41,996 nt of DNA from an uncultured Gemmatimonadota bacterium (lineage in GTDB: Bacteria > GCA-2686955): positions 1-41,996 of the forward strand of contig CAZBBK010000051.1 of the NCBI GenBank assembly GCA_964490075.1, given 5' to 3'. Position numbers and translations under genes: made by a program. Below the pieces are notes generated by a model that did not search any database, was not told the origin of the DNA, and was given only the letters and a program-made list of their open reading frames with translations. Of this stretch, positions 32,832 to 41,956 are shown piece after piece; the stretch's first letter is position 1, and every line of letters starts with the position of its first letter.

Positions 32832-33728
32832 ATGCTCACCCTCGACTCCCTGCATCTGCTGCTCACCTTTCAGTGCACCTTCGAATGCGATCACTGCTTC
32901 TTGTGGGGCAGCCCGAACCAATGCGGCACCATGCGGATCCGCGACATCGAGCGGATCCTCGATCAGGCCGGCCAATGCGGGATCGCTTCGATCTACTTCG
33001 AGGGCGGCGAGCCCTTCCTCTACTACGGCACCCTGCTGGCCGGAGTGCGCCGCGCCGCGGAACGCGGGATGCGCGTCGGAATCGTCTCCAACGCTTACTG
33101 GGCCAACGACCTGGCCGATGCCCGCGAGTGTCTCGCACCCTTCGCCGGCCTGCTGCGCGATCTGTCGTTGTCGAGTGACGGCTTTCACGCCGGCGACCAC
33201 GATCCGGACCCCAATCCCCGCCACGCGCTCCAGGCAGCCGAGGAGTTGGGAATCGACGCCAGTCTGATTCGCATCGCCGCGCCGGGCGCGGAATCGAGCC
33301 CGGCGGTGGTCGGGCAGCTCCCCGCCGGCGAGAGCCCGGTGCATTTCCGAGGGCGGGCCGCGGAGCGCCTGGCGCCCGACGCGCCCAAGCAGCCCTGGAC
33401 CCAGTTCGACGCCTGCCCCTACGAGGCGCTGAGCGACCCCGGTCGCTTGCACGTCGATCCGTTGGGCAATCTGCACGGTTGCCAGGGCATTGTAGTCGGC
33501 AACATATTCGGCCAGCCGCTGAGCGAGATCCTCGGCGCCTTCGATGCGCGCAGTCATCCGGTGACCGGACCGCTGCTCGAGGGGGGGCCGGCCGAGCTCA
33601 TCCGTCGCTACCACCTCCCTCACGAGGCGGGCTACGCCGACGCTTGCCACGCCTGCTATCACGCCCGTTGCGCGCTCAGAGAGCGTCTTCCCGATGCGCT
33701 CGGTCCGGACCAGGTCTATGGTGTGTAG
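32832..33728 (+). CDS. Radical SAM protein with C-terminal Cys cluster (SPASM/twitch-like)
   Basis: RBS GGAGG. CTFECDHC, FEGGEPFL, IVSNAYW, C-terminal ACP...LHVDPLGNLHGCQG...DACHAC. Confidence 0.9.
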   Translation: MLTLDSLHLLLTFQCTFECDHCFLWGSPNQCGTMRIRDIERILDQAGQCGIASIYFEGGEPFLYYGTLLAGVRRAAERGMRVGIVSNAYWANDLADARECLAPFAGLLRDLSLSSDGFHAGDHDPDPNPRHALQAAEELGIDASLIRIAAPGAESSPAVVGQLPAGESPVHFRGRAAERLAPDAPKQPWTQFDACPYEALSDPGRLHVDPLGNLHGCQGIVVGNIFGQPLSEILGAFDARSHPVTGPLLEGGPAELIRRYHLPHEAGYADACHACYHARCALRERLPDALGPDQVYGV

Positions 33729-33746
33729 CGGCCCCATCCCGAATCC

Positions 33747-35408
33747 ATGACGCGCCCCTCTCCTCGCCACATCGTTCCCCTGGCGATCTTGGCGCTGTTC
33801 TGGCTCCTGGCGGCGAGGGACTTGCAGCTTCCCGGACTCCACCCGGACGAAGCGTTGCAGGTGCCGATCGCCATGAACCTGGTCCAGGAGCAGTACCTCC
33901 CGGCGCACGACACGCTCGGCTCCCATCGCGGCTTCTGGCGAGGCAAGCCCATCCCCCTGATGACGCTCTACTACCTCGGGGCGCTGAAATCCTATCTGCT
34001 GGCCCCTTACCTGTATCTCATGGGGACGAGTCTCGCGTCGATTCGTATCGCGACGATTTCGTTCGCGGCACTGGGCCTGGCCTGCACCTGGCTTTTCGCG
34101 AATCGTCTCTTCGGGGCGCTGGCCGCGGCAATAGGGGCTCTTCTGCTGGCGACCGACACCAGCTTTATCTCCTACTCGCGCATGGACCAGGGGCCCACCG
34201 CGATCATGATGATGACCAAGATGGGCGCGCTTTGGCTCTTCGTGAAGGCCTGGCAGAGCGGGAGGTGGCGCTGGGGGATCCTGGGGGCCTTCGTGTTCGG
34301 ATTGGGGCTCTCCGACAAGGCCAATTTCCTCTGGATGGTGATCGCGCTGCCGGTGGCGGGGGTGTTGTCGGTCAGAGGCGAGGTGTTCCGGCGGATCGCC
34401 GCCGCCGCGGCCTTGGCGATGGCGACGGCTTTCGTGGCCGGCGGAGCGATGTTCTTCTACTACAACGGTGCCAATGCCGGGGAGTCCGTGGCGCCGCTCT
34501 TCGAGGAGTTGACCCATCCGCCCGATCGCGCGGAACCGAGCACGTTCCTGGACGGCGTCGGCGACTTCGCCGATCGCTGGCGGAATCGAGCCGACCTGGC
34601 ATCGGCGCTGCTGCTTTCGGGCATCTGGCACGAGCAGTTCATTATGGCTTCCCACGGCGCCAGCGATGGACCGCTCTCGCTATTGCCCCAGGCCTTCAAA
34701 GTGTCGCTGGTGGTGCTCATCATAGTCATGGCGGTGACCGGAGACGGAAGGAAGCAGATCCTCTTCCTGCTTCTGGTCCCGCTCTTGATCATGGCCCAGA
34801 TTGCGCTCACTCCGCAGGCCTACGACGGCCACCACCTGATGATGTTGTACCCATTTCCGCACCTGATCGTGGGCGTGGCGAGCGCCCGGCTGATCGGATT
34901 AGCTGGGCGTTTCAGTCCATGGATCGCCCGCGGAGTGTTGCTGCTCCTGGGAGTGGTCATCCTCTCCAGCGGGGCTCGCTACCATCGCTATTTCTCGGTG
35001 CTGCGCAAGGAGCAGGGGCGTGGCCTGTGCTCCGCGGGAATCAACCAACTGGCCGGGTGGATCGGCGCATATGCCGAGAGCGACAGCCTCTCTCAGGTCA
35101 TCTGCATGGATGGCGGAATCAAGCAACCGCTGGCGGTTCTGACCGGGGGGTCGACCATGATCAAGAGCCTGGTCCTCACCGGCCAAGAGAATGACGAGGA
35201 AATCCGGGAGTGGAAGGGCCGGATGGCCGCCTACTCAAGCGATCCCAATGTGCTCTATGTGTTTCACGGCAGCGAGCTGATGTTCAATCCGGCCACGCCG
35301 GAGGCGTTCGCCAAAGAGGTGAGCGAGCGCGAGGTGGAAGTCCTGGAAAACGTGTACCAGGCCGACGGCAGCCGTCTCTTCTACGTGGTGCGGCTGTCTG
35401 ATTCGTGA
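33747..35408 (+). CDS. GT-C membrane glycosyltransferase (ArnT/PMT, family 39-like)
   Basis: PGLHPDEA acidic motif after TM1, ASIRIATI, LLLATDTSFISYSRMD, GLGLSDKANF, many TM helices. Confidence 0.8.
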   Translation: MTRPSPRHIVPLAILALFWLLAARDLQLPGLHPDEALQVPIAMNLVQEQYLPAHDTLGSHRGFWRGKPIPLMTLYYLGALKSYLLAPYLYLMGTSLASIRIATISFAALGLACTWLFANRLFGALAAAIGALLLATDTSFISYSRMDQGPTAIMMMTKMGALWLFVKAWQSGRWRWGILGAFVFGLGLSDKANFLWMVIALPVAGVLSVRGEVFRRIAAAAALAMATAFVAGGAMFFYYNGANAGESVAPLFEELTHPPDRAEPSTFLDGVGDFADRWRNRADLASALLLSGIWHEQFIMASHGASDGPLSLLPQAFKVSLVVLIIVMAVTGDGRKQILFLLLVPLLIMAQIALTPQAYDGHHLMMLYPFPHLIVGVASARLIGLAGRFSPWIARGVLLLLGVVILSSGARYHRYFSVLRKEQGRGLCSAGINQLAGWIGAYAESDSLSQVICMDGGIKQPLAVLTGGSTMIKSLVLTGQENDEEIREWKGRMAAYSSDPNVLYVFHGSELMFNPATPEAFAKEVSEREVEVLENVYQADGSRLFYVVRLSDS

Positions 35409-35427
35409 TCGGGGTCTTCATGACGCC

Positions 35428-35468
35428 TTGACACCCAACCCGACCCGACCTACGTATAACGCACGTTC
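35428..35468 (+). promoter_or_regulatory. Sigma70-like promoter with candidate TetR operator
   Basis: TTGACA at 35428, followed by TACGTATAAC and the palindrome AACG-CA-CGTT. RBS AAGGAG precedes the GTG at 35488. Confidence 0.6.
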
Positions 35469-35487
35469 GAAATAAAAAGGAGCCGCC

Positions 35488-36057
35488 GTGCCCAGGATCG
35501 TCGATCGCCAGGAAGTTCGCGAAGAGCTCATGACGAAGAGCTACGAGCTATTCGCGCGCAAGGGGTTCGGAGCGGTCACCATGCGCGATCTGGCGCGCGA
35601 GCTGGGGGTCTCCACCGGCACCCTCTATCACTACTTCCCGAACAAGAGCGAGCTCTTCCACGAGACCCTGCGCTTCCTGGTGGCGCGCGATATCGAGCGG
35701 GTGCTGGGCCAGATCGACGCGGATGCCACGCCGGAGCAGCGAGTTCGGGTGACGCTCGACTACGTCACGCGCCACGAGCCCCACTTCCGCGGCCGTCTCT
35801 CGCTGCTCTTCGAGGCCTGCCGCGGTGCCGGCGGCGAGGACGGCAGCGTGCGTGCCTTCGGCGAGCTGATGCGGGTCTACCGCGAGGCCTTCTCGGACAA
35901 CCTCGGGGTCGCCGATCCCCGGATCGGCCGCATGGCGCTCGGCCTGGTGATCGGCGATCTGGTGCAACGCATGGTCGACCCTCAGGGGTCCGCGCTGGAC
36001 GAGCTCGCGAAGTTCATCACCGAGCTGCTCGGAGACCGGGCGGCGCAGGAGGTCTGA
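35488..36057 (+). CDS. TetR/AcrR family transcriptional regulator
   Basis: ELFARKGFGAVTMRDLARELGVSTGTLYHYFPNKSELF. Confidence 0.93.
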   Translation: MPRIVDRQEVREELMTKSYELFARKGFGAVTMRDLARELGVSTGTLYHYFPNKSELFHETLRFLVARDIERVLGQIDADATPEQRVRVTLDYVTRHEPHFRGRLSLLFEACRGAGGEDGSVRAFGELMRVYREAFSDNLGVADPRIGRMALGLVIGDLVQRMVDPQGSALDELAKFITELLGDRAAQEV

Positions 36058-36061
36058 CGCC

Positions 36062-37165
36062 ATGTCCCACTACGCCAAGTACTTCCTTACCCCGGCACTG
36101 GTCCCGACCGCCCTGCTCGGTCCGCTGCTCGGCGGAGCCTGGCTGTGGCTCGGGATCGCAGTCGTGGCGCTGCTGGTGGTCGGCGGCGACACGCTGCTCG
36201 GCAACGATCCATCGGAGCCGCGCTACCGCCACCCCTGGATCCTCGAAATCCCTCTGCAGCTCGCCCTCCCCCTCTTGACCCTGCTGCTGCTGGCCCTCGC
36301 CTGGAGCGCCGGCCCGCCCCCCTCCGATTTCCTTGGAATCGGTGCCCTGACCAGCCGCCTCACCGGAATCGACGCCCTCGCCGCCCGCGAGCGCACCCTG
36401 TGGTGGCACTACGTCGGCGGCTGCCTCAGCATCGGTTTCATCGTCGCCGGCTACGGCACCAACGTGGCGCACGAGCTCTGCCACCGCGTGGGCCGGCGCC
36501 GCCACGTGGTCGTTGGCCGCTGGCTCCTGGCCATGAGCGGCAACGCCGACTTTTCGATCGAGCACGTCTACGGCCATCACGCGCGCGTCGGCACCCCCGC
36601 CGACCCCGCCAGCGCCCGTCGCGGCGAAAATGTGTATGCTTTCTTCCTGCGCTCCACCATCGGCGGTCACTTGAGCGCCTGGTGCCTGGAACGCGCCCGC
36701 CTGCGCCGCCGCGGCAAAAGTGTCGTCTCCCGGCACAACCAGATTCTCACCGGCTACGCCATGAGCCTGCTATGGATCGCCCTCTTCTATGTCGCCGCCG
36801 GCCGCCTGGGGATCGCCCTCTTCCTGGCCCAGGCCCTGGTCGCCAAGTTCGTGCTCGAGGTGGTCAACTACATGGAGCACTACGGTCTGACCCGCCGTCC
36901 CGGCGAAAAGGTGTTGCCGAAACACTCCTGGAACACCAACCGGCGCATGAGCGCGATGATCCTCTACTCCCTCACCCGCCACTCGGCCCACCACGAGAGC
37001 GGCACCAGACCCTTCTGGTCGTTGCCGGCCTACCCCCACGCCCCGGAGATGCCCCACGGCTACCTGACCACGCTCGTCATCTGCCTGGTTCCACCGCTGT
37101 GGCGGCGGGTGATCGATCCCAGGCTCACCGAGTGGCACCGGCGCTACGCGGCGGCCGCGGCGTAG
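36062..37165 (+). CDS. alkB: Alkane 1-monooxygenase (membrane diiron hydroxylase)
   Basis: His boxes AHELCHR, EHVYGHH, NYMEHYGL and LTRHSAHH. TPADPASAR, HSWN, PEMPHGY, PPLWRRVIDP. Confidence 0.92.
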   Translation: MSHYAKYFLTPALVPTALLGPLLGGAWLWLGIAVVALLVVGGDTLLGNDPSEPRYRHPWILEIPLQLALPLLTLLLLALAWSAGPPPSDFLGIGALTSRLTGIDALAARERTLWWHYVGGCLSIGFIVAGYGTNVAHELCHRVGRRRHVVVGRWLLAMSGNADFSIEHVYGHHARVGTPADPASARRGENVYAFFLRSTIGGHLSAWCLERARLRRRGKSVVSRHNQILTGYAMSLLWIALFYVAAGRLGIALFLAQALVAKFVLEVVNYMEHYGLTRRPGEKVLPKHSWNTNRRMSAMILYSLTRHSAHHESGTRPFWSLPAYPHAPEMPHGYLTTLVICLVPPLWRRVIDPRLTEWHRRYAAAAA

Positions 37166-37188
37166 GGGCCCACGGACTCCGACGAGAA

Positions 37189-37227
37189 CGCGCCCGCAAA
37201 CCCCGATTCACGGGTTCCGCGGGCGCG
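37189..37227. terminator. Stem-loop between convergent genes, possible bidirectional terminator
   Basis: CGCGCCCGC...GCGGGCGCG 9-bp stem with an inner AACCC/GGGTT pairing. No strong U tract. Confidence 0.45.
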
Positions 37228-37251
37228 CCCTGAGGCGGAGTCGGGGTCTAG

Positions 37252-38322
37252 CTACGGATTGACCGTCACCGACACCTGCTGAATATCCCAGGTCTCGACC
37301 CCGTGGTCGCCGGTCTTCACCTGCACCTGGTAGTCGCCCAAAGGAGCGCTACCCGGAACCCCCAGGCTCACCGGACCGGTCACCGTGCCGCCCCCCGGAA
37401 GCGTCACTTCCAGCGGACCCGCGACCGGGTTGATCGGAGCCGGCGCGCCGTTCGGCAGCAGCACGTCGACCCACACGTCGCCGGTGGTCGGAGTCCCCTC
37501 GTTGTTGATCACCTTGACGCTCATGTCGAAGCTGCCGCCCAGCGACACTTCGACGTCGTGCTCCAGGATCAAGGTCGAGAGCGCCGGGCCGACCACCCTC
37601 TGGCGCATCCAGCCGTGCTTGGCGTCGAATTCCATCACCACCGTGTTGCCGGCCATGACGTTCAGCGTCAGATTCCACGAGTCGCCGGGATCGAAGCTCC
37701 AGCCGTTGGGTCCGAACTTGATCGAGCCGGACCAGTCGCCCTGGCGCACCACCTTCCACAGGTCGCCGAGCATGTCGCTGGGCGCCACGAACTGGAAAGT
37801 ATGGACCCCGTCGCCGGCCACCGCGTCGCCGTCCAGGCCGTCGTCGTGCATCGCGGTGACGGTGCTGGTGGGAATCCACTCACCGGCCTCGCCGGCCTCG
37901 TCCTGGAAAGAGCCGACCGCGACCCAGGTGTGGCTGTTCGCCAGGTCGTCGTCGGACAGGCTCCAGCCTCCTTGCGGGTGCCAGCCCTCGTCGGAGCGGT
38001 CGTTGAGGTCGAGATAGAAAACGACGATGTCGGGGGCGCCGCCCAGATCGAGCTGCATGTTTTGGCCGTTGGCGTCGCCGTACCAGGTGCTGTCGCCGTC
38101 GGCGATCTTGTAGTCGATGAGTCCTGAGTCGGGATCGGCGAAGTTGACCAGGGCGCTAAAGATGTTGTCGCCGGCGATCTCGTCCGGCGCCAGGCCGTCG
38201 TCGGCCATGGCGGCCCCATCTTGCGGAACCCAGTTGCCAAGCTCGTCGGTCGACCCGGTGACGTACCAGGCGCCGAGCGACGCGCCGAGAGTGAGAGCGA
38301 GCGCTGCACTGCTGAGCATCAT
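37252..38322 (-). CDS. Secreted acidic protein with two DDGxxxDxxAGD (choice-of-anchor X-like, CBM-like) modules and shared C-terminal domain
   Basis: Signal peptide. WYVTGS...GNWVP...MADDGLAPDEIAGDNIFS and WVAVGSFQ...GEWIP...MHDDGLDGDAVAGDGVHT. C-terminus VPGSAPLGDY...VSVTVNP. Confidence 0.8.
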   Translation of the reverse strand: MMLSSAALALTLGASLGAWYVTGSTDELGNWVPQDGAAMADDGLAPDEIAGDNIFSALVNFADPDSGLIDYKIADGDSTWYGDANGQNMQLDLGGAPDIVVFYLDLNDRSDEGWHPQGGWSLSDDDLANSHTWVAVGSFQDEAGEAGEWIPTSTVTAMHDDGLDGDAVAGDGVHTFQFVAPSDMLGDLWKVVRQGDWSGSIKFGPNGWSFDPGDSWNLTLNVMAGNTVVMEFDAKHGWMRQRVVGPALSTLILEHDVEVSLGGSFDMSVKVINNEGTPTTGDVWVDVLLPNGAPAPINPVAGPLEVTLPGGGTVTGPVSLGVPGSAPLGDYQVQVKTGDHGVETWDIQQVSVTVNP

Positions 38323-38446
38323 GCTTCTAGCCTGGTTGCGAGGGGTGGACAGGGAAGGGAGGACAGACCACCATCGTAACCCCGGCCAGGCTCGATCGCG
38401 GGCCGGCCGGTTCCGAATCTTGCCGCAGCGCGGCGGAGGACTGGCG

Positions 38447-39409
38447 ATGCACTATCGGCGGCTGGGCGCGAGCGGCCTCAAGATCAGCGTGCTGGCACTC
38501 GGGAGCTGGCTCACCTATGGATCCAAGGTCGACTCGGCCGGCACCCGGGCCTGCGTCGAGGCGGCGCTCGAGGGCGGAATCAACCTGCTCGACACCGCCG
38601 ACGTCTACTCCTTCGGCGACGCCGAGTCGGCGCTCGGGCGCGTGCTGCAAGGCCGAGCGCGGCGCCACGTCGTGCTGGCCACCAAGTGCTTCTTCCCGAT
38701 GAGCGAAGACCCCAACGACCGCGGTCTATCGCGCAAGCACCTGGTCGAGTCGGTGGAGGGCAGCCTGCGTCGCCTGCGCACCGACTACGTCGATCTCTAC
38801 CAGTGCCACCGCTGGGACGAGCGCATCCCCCTGGCGGAGCTGGTGTGGACCATCGGCGCCTTGATGACGCAGGGCAAGATCCTCTACTGGGGCGTGAGCT
38901 GCTGGAGCGCCGAGCAGATCGCCGAGGTCTGCCGCGTCGCCGACAGCATGGGGGTGCCGCGGCCGATCTCCAACCAGCCGCCCTACAACCTCCTGGAGCG
39001 CGACATCGAAGCGGCGGTGGTGCCGGCGTCCCTCGAGGCCGGGCTGGGGCAGGTGGTGTTCAGCCCCTTGGCGCAGGGGCTCCTGAGCGGCAAGTACGCC
39101 GGCGGCAAGGTGCCGGAGGGAAGCCGTGCGGCCGAGGAGCGGGGTGGGATCTGGCTGCGGCCCTGGCTGCGCGACGAGGTGCTGGGGGCGGTGCGGCGTC
39201 TGGCCGAGATCGCCGAAGACCTGGGGATGAGCTGCGCGCAGCTCGCGCTGGCCTGGTGCGCGCACCGGCCCGGCGTGGCGTCGGTGCTCTGCGGTGCGTC
39301 ATCGCCCGCGCAGGTGGCAGAGAACGTGGCCGCGGCGACGGTCTCTTTCTCGGATGAGAACCTGCGGCGCATCGACGAGGCGGTGCAAGGGGTAAGGCTG
39401 GAAGGATGA
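38447..39409 (+). CDS. Aldo/keto reductase (Kv-beta/Tas-like)
   Basis: RBS GGAGGA. MHYRRLGASGLKIS.LALGSW, DTADVY, LATK, GLSRKHL.ESVEGSLRRLRTDYVDLYQCH, NQPPYNLL, FSPLAQGLLSGKY. Confidence 0.94.
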   Translation: MHYRRLGASGLKISVLALGSWLTYGSKVDSAGTRACVEAALEGGINLLDTADVYSFGDAESALGRVLQGRARRHVVLATKCFFPMSEDPNDRGLSRKHLVESVEGSLRRLRTDYVDLYQCHRWDERIPLAELVWTIGALMTQGKILYWGVSCWSAEQIAEVCRVADSMGVPRPISNQPPYNLLERDIEAAVVPASLEAGLGQVVFSPLAQGLLSGKYAGGKVPEGSRAAEERGGIWLRPWLRDEVLGAVRRLAEIAEDLGMSCAQLALAWCAHRPGVASVLCGASSPAQVAENVAAATVSFSDENLRRIDEAVQGVRLEG

Positions 39410-39446
39410 GGATGAAGATGAGGATGAAGATGAAGAGGAAGAGGAT
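39405..39446 (+). repeat. Purine-rich hexamer tandem repeat, ~7 copies of GA(T/G)GA(A/G/T)
   Basis: gatgag gatgaa gatgag gatgaa gatgaa gaggaa gaggat, overlapping the AKR stop codon. Confidence 0.8.
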
Positions 39447-39498
39447 TTTGGGGGACGAAGACGCGCGATTGACGCGGGCATGACGCAGCGCGCATGCG

Positions 39499-41172
39499 TC
39501 ATGGATGGAACGACGCGCTGGTGGAGGGCTTGGCGGACTGGGGGGAGGGCGCGAGGGCGCGAAAGACAGATTGTTCGACCGCGTCGATCAAGGGCCGCAG
39601 CGTGGGGCGGTCCAGGGCCGAGATCGGGATCGCGCGGTGGGCCTGGGCCAGTCTCGAGGCGTCGTCCGGCGCGATGCGGTCGATCTTGTTGAGCAGCAGA
39701 AGACGCGGCTTGTCGGCCAGGCCCAGGTCGCCGAGCAGGGCGTCGACCGCCTCCATGCGCTCGGTGAAATCGGACTGGGCGACGTCGACCACGTGCAGCA
39801 AGAGGTCGGCCTCGTGGAGCTCTTCCAGGGTCGCCTTGAAGGCCGCCACCAGGTCGTCCGGCAGGTCGCGGATGAAGCCGACGGTGTCGGTCAGCACGAT
39901 CTCGCGCTCCTCGGGGAAGCGCAGCCGGCGGCTGGCCGGGTCGAGGGTGGCGAAGAGCTTGTCCTCGGCGCGCACCGACGACTGGGTGAGGGCGTTGAGA
40001 AGGGTCGACTTGCCGGCGTTGGTGTAGCCCACGATCGCGACGATCGGCACGCCGCGGGCGCGCCGCCGCGAGCGCTTCTGGGCGCGCTGCTTGCTCAGCT
40101 TCTTGATGCGGTGCTCGAGCTTGTGCATGCGGTCGCGGGCGCGGCGCCGGTCGACCTCGAGCTTCGACTCGCCGGGGCCGCGGCCGCCGATGCCGCCGGC
40201 CAGGCGCGACAGGGCGGGGTTCTTGCCGACCAGGCGGGGCAGCATGTACTTGAGCTGGGCCAGCTCGACCTGCAGCTTGCCGTCGTGCGAGATGGCGCGG
40301 CGGGCGAAGATGTCGAGGATCAGCTGGGTGCGGTCGATCACCTTCAGGTCGGTGGCGCGGGCGACGTTGCGCAGCTGGTTGGGGGCCAGGTCACAGGCGA
40401 AGATGGCGCCCTCGGCGTCGAGCTGGACGGCGGCCAGGGAGAGCTCCTCTAGCTTGCCGCGGCGCACGATGGTCTTCGGGTCGGGACGGCGGGCCGACTG
40501 GGTGATCTCGCCGACCACGTCGACGCCGGCGGTGCGGCAGAGCTCGTGCATCTCGGTGAGCAGCGGCTCGATCGGCGCGCCGGGGCGGTCCAGGGCGACC
40601 AGCAGAACGCGCTCGCGATCGACGTCGCGGGCCGCCCGGGAGTGACGCCGAAACTCCTCCTCGAGGTCGCCGATGAAGGCGCCGAAGTCGAGGTCCATCA
40701 AGGTAATGGAGGGAGCGGAGTGGGTCTCCCAGGGGGCGGCCGAGCCGGCCGGGAGCAGGTGGGCCCAGTGCACCGAGTCGAGGTAGCCGTCGTCGCCGGC
40801 GACCAGCGAGACCACCATGTCGAGGCGCAGGCGGGTCAGGTCGGCCTGGTCGTCGTGGCCCAGCTCGGAGCCTTGCAGGTGGGTGCGGATCAGCCGAACG
40901 CCGCGGAAGCGGCCGGGGCCGGCGCGCTCGCGGCCGATCTCCGGCAGGTAGATGCGGCGCGCGTCGCCGAGCATCACCGCCTGCACCACCCCGCGCCGGT
41001 CGACCAGCAGGCCGACCAGAGAGTTGAGGTCGCGAGAGATCTGGGTGAGGCGGTTGGCGAGCTCCTGGGTGAGGGCGCCGTTGCCGCGGATGCGCCGCGT
41101 ATAGAGGCGCTCCAGGGCGTGCTTCTGGGTCGCCTTGAGGCTCTCGATGCGGCCGTAGATTCGCTGTGCTAT
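39499..41172 (-). CDS. hflX: Ribosome-splitting GTPase HflX, long form with N-terminal extension; probable ATA start
   Basis: [77 protein letters not shown]. The frame extends to ATA at 41172 ([24 protein letters not shown]) with SD AAAGGGA. Confidence 0.93.
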   Translation of the reverse strand: MAQRIYGRIESLKATQKHALERLYTRRIRGNGALTQELANRLTQISRDLNSLVGLLVDRRGVVQAVMLGDARRIYLPEIGRERAGPGRFRGVRLIRTHLQGSELGHDDQADLTRLRLDMVVSLVAGDDGYLDSVHWAHLLPAGSAAPWETHSAPSITLMDLDFGAFIGDLEEEFRRHSRAARDVDRERVLLVALDRPGAPIEPLLTEMHELCRTAGVDVVGEITQSARRPDPKTIVRRGKLEELSLAAVQLDAEGAIFACDLAPNQLRNVARATDLKVIDRTQLILDIFARRAISHDGKLQVELAQLKYMLPRLVGKNPALSRLAGGIGGRGPGESKLEVDRRRARDRMHKLEHRIKKLSKQRAQKRSRRRARGVPIVAIVGYTNAGKSTLLNALTQSSVRAEDKLFATLDPASRRLRFPEEREIVLTDTVGFIRDLPDDLVAAFKATLEELHEADLLLHVVDVAQSDFTERMEAVDALLGDLGLADKPRLLLLNKIDRIAPDDASRLAQAHRAIPISALDRPTLRPLIDAVEQSVFRALAPSPQSAKPSTSASFHP

Positions 41173-41256
41173 GGCAGTCCCTTTCGGTGGCGCGGGGTAG
41201 GGGATGGGCGACCCCGCTGGTCATGGCCATTTGGAGGCCCTATTGTACGGATTGAA

Positions 41257-41496
41257 ATGGAACAACGTGCAGATGATGACATCCAGGATCTGGCGGCGCG
41301 GGTCTCGTTGATCTCGGTGCTGCTGGGCGAGCTGCTCGACGGAATGGCGGACGGGCGCTGGGGCGAGACCGCGCCCGGCACCCGCGACCGGTTCCGCGCG
41401 GCGGCGCACGCCTTCGCCGATGGCATGGCCCTGTTGCAGCCGACGGTGCGCCGCGCCGAGGCCGGCGACCACCTGAAGGTGGTCCGCGAGGGGTGA
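41257..41496 (+). CDS. Small hypothetical helical protein (79 aa) ending HLKVVREG
   Basis: ATG at 41257, GC3-biased codons, fills the space between hflX and the ssrA promoter. Confidence 0.6.
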   Translation: MEQRADDDIQDLAARVSLISVLLGELLDGMADGRWGETAPGTRDRFRAAAHAFADGMALLQPTVRRAEAGDHLKVVREG

Positions 41497-41545
41497 CGGG
41501 CGGACCGACGGTGGCGGGCGCGCGGTGCGCGCGCGGCGTGCCGAT

Positions 41546-41575
41546 TTGACGCCGGGGGGTCGGCGGGGATAGCTT
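41546..41575 (+). promoter_or_regulatory. Sigma70-like promoter of ssrA
   Basis: TTGACG-18nt-TAGCTT, about 30 nt before the mature tmRNA 5' end. Confidence 0.6.
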
Positions 41576-41606
41576 GTCCGGTGTGGTCTCACGACCACGA
41601 CCCCAT

Positions 41607-41956
41607 GGGGGCGATCGGCTTCGACGAGGTCGGTGCTCCACGAGCAGCATGTCGAGTTGCCTCAGACTCGTAAAACGGGGGTTTTTCACAACTGCCGACA
41701 ACCAATTGGCAATGGCTGCGTAATCACGCAACCCGTCTCGTCACCGTCGACCCGGCGGAGGTGGTAGAGGCGACGACAATCCGGGACGACGCCCTTCTCG
41801 AGCCAGCGGGAGAGGGAGCGTCGCACTCACCGCCGGCTGGCCGAGCGGAATCCCGTCCACCGGAGCCCGCAAGGCGAGATCAAAGGTGGAACAAACATGT
41901 AGCGGTTCGTGGTTATCCGGTTTCGGACGCGGGTTCGATTCCCGCCGCCTCCACCA
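41607..41956 (+). ncRNA. ssrA: tmRNA (transfer-messenger RNA), tag peptide (A)ADNQLAMAA
   Basis: 5' GGGGGCG pairs with 3' CGCCTCC-ACCA including the G3-U alanine wobble. GGCTTCGAC near the 5' end, T-arm GCGGGTTCGATTCCCGC, tag ORF GCCGACAACCAATTGGCAATGGCTGCGTAA at 41694-41723, length 350 nt. Confidence 0.97.
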
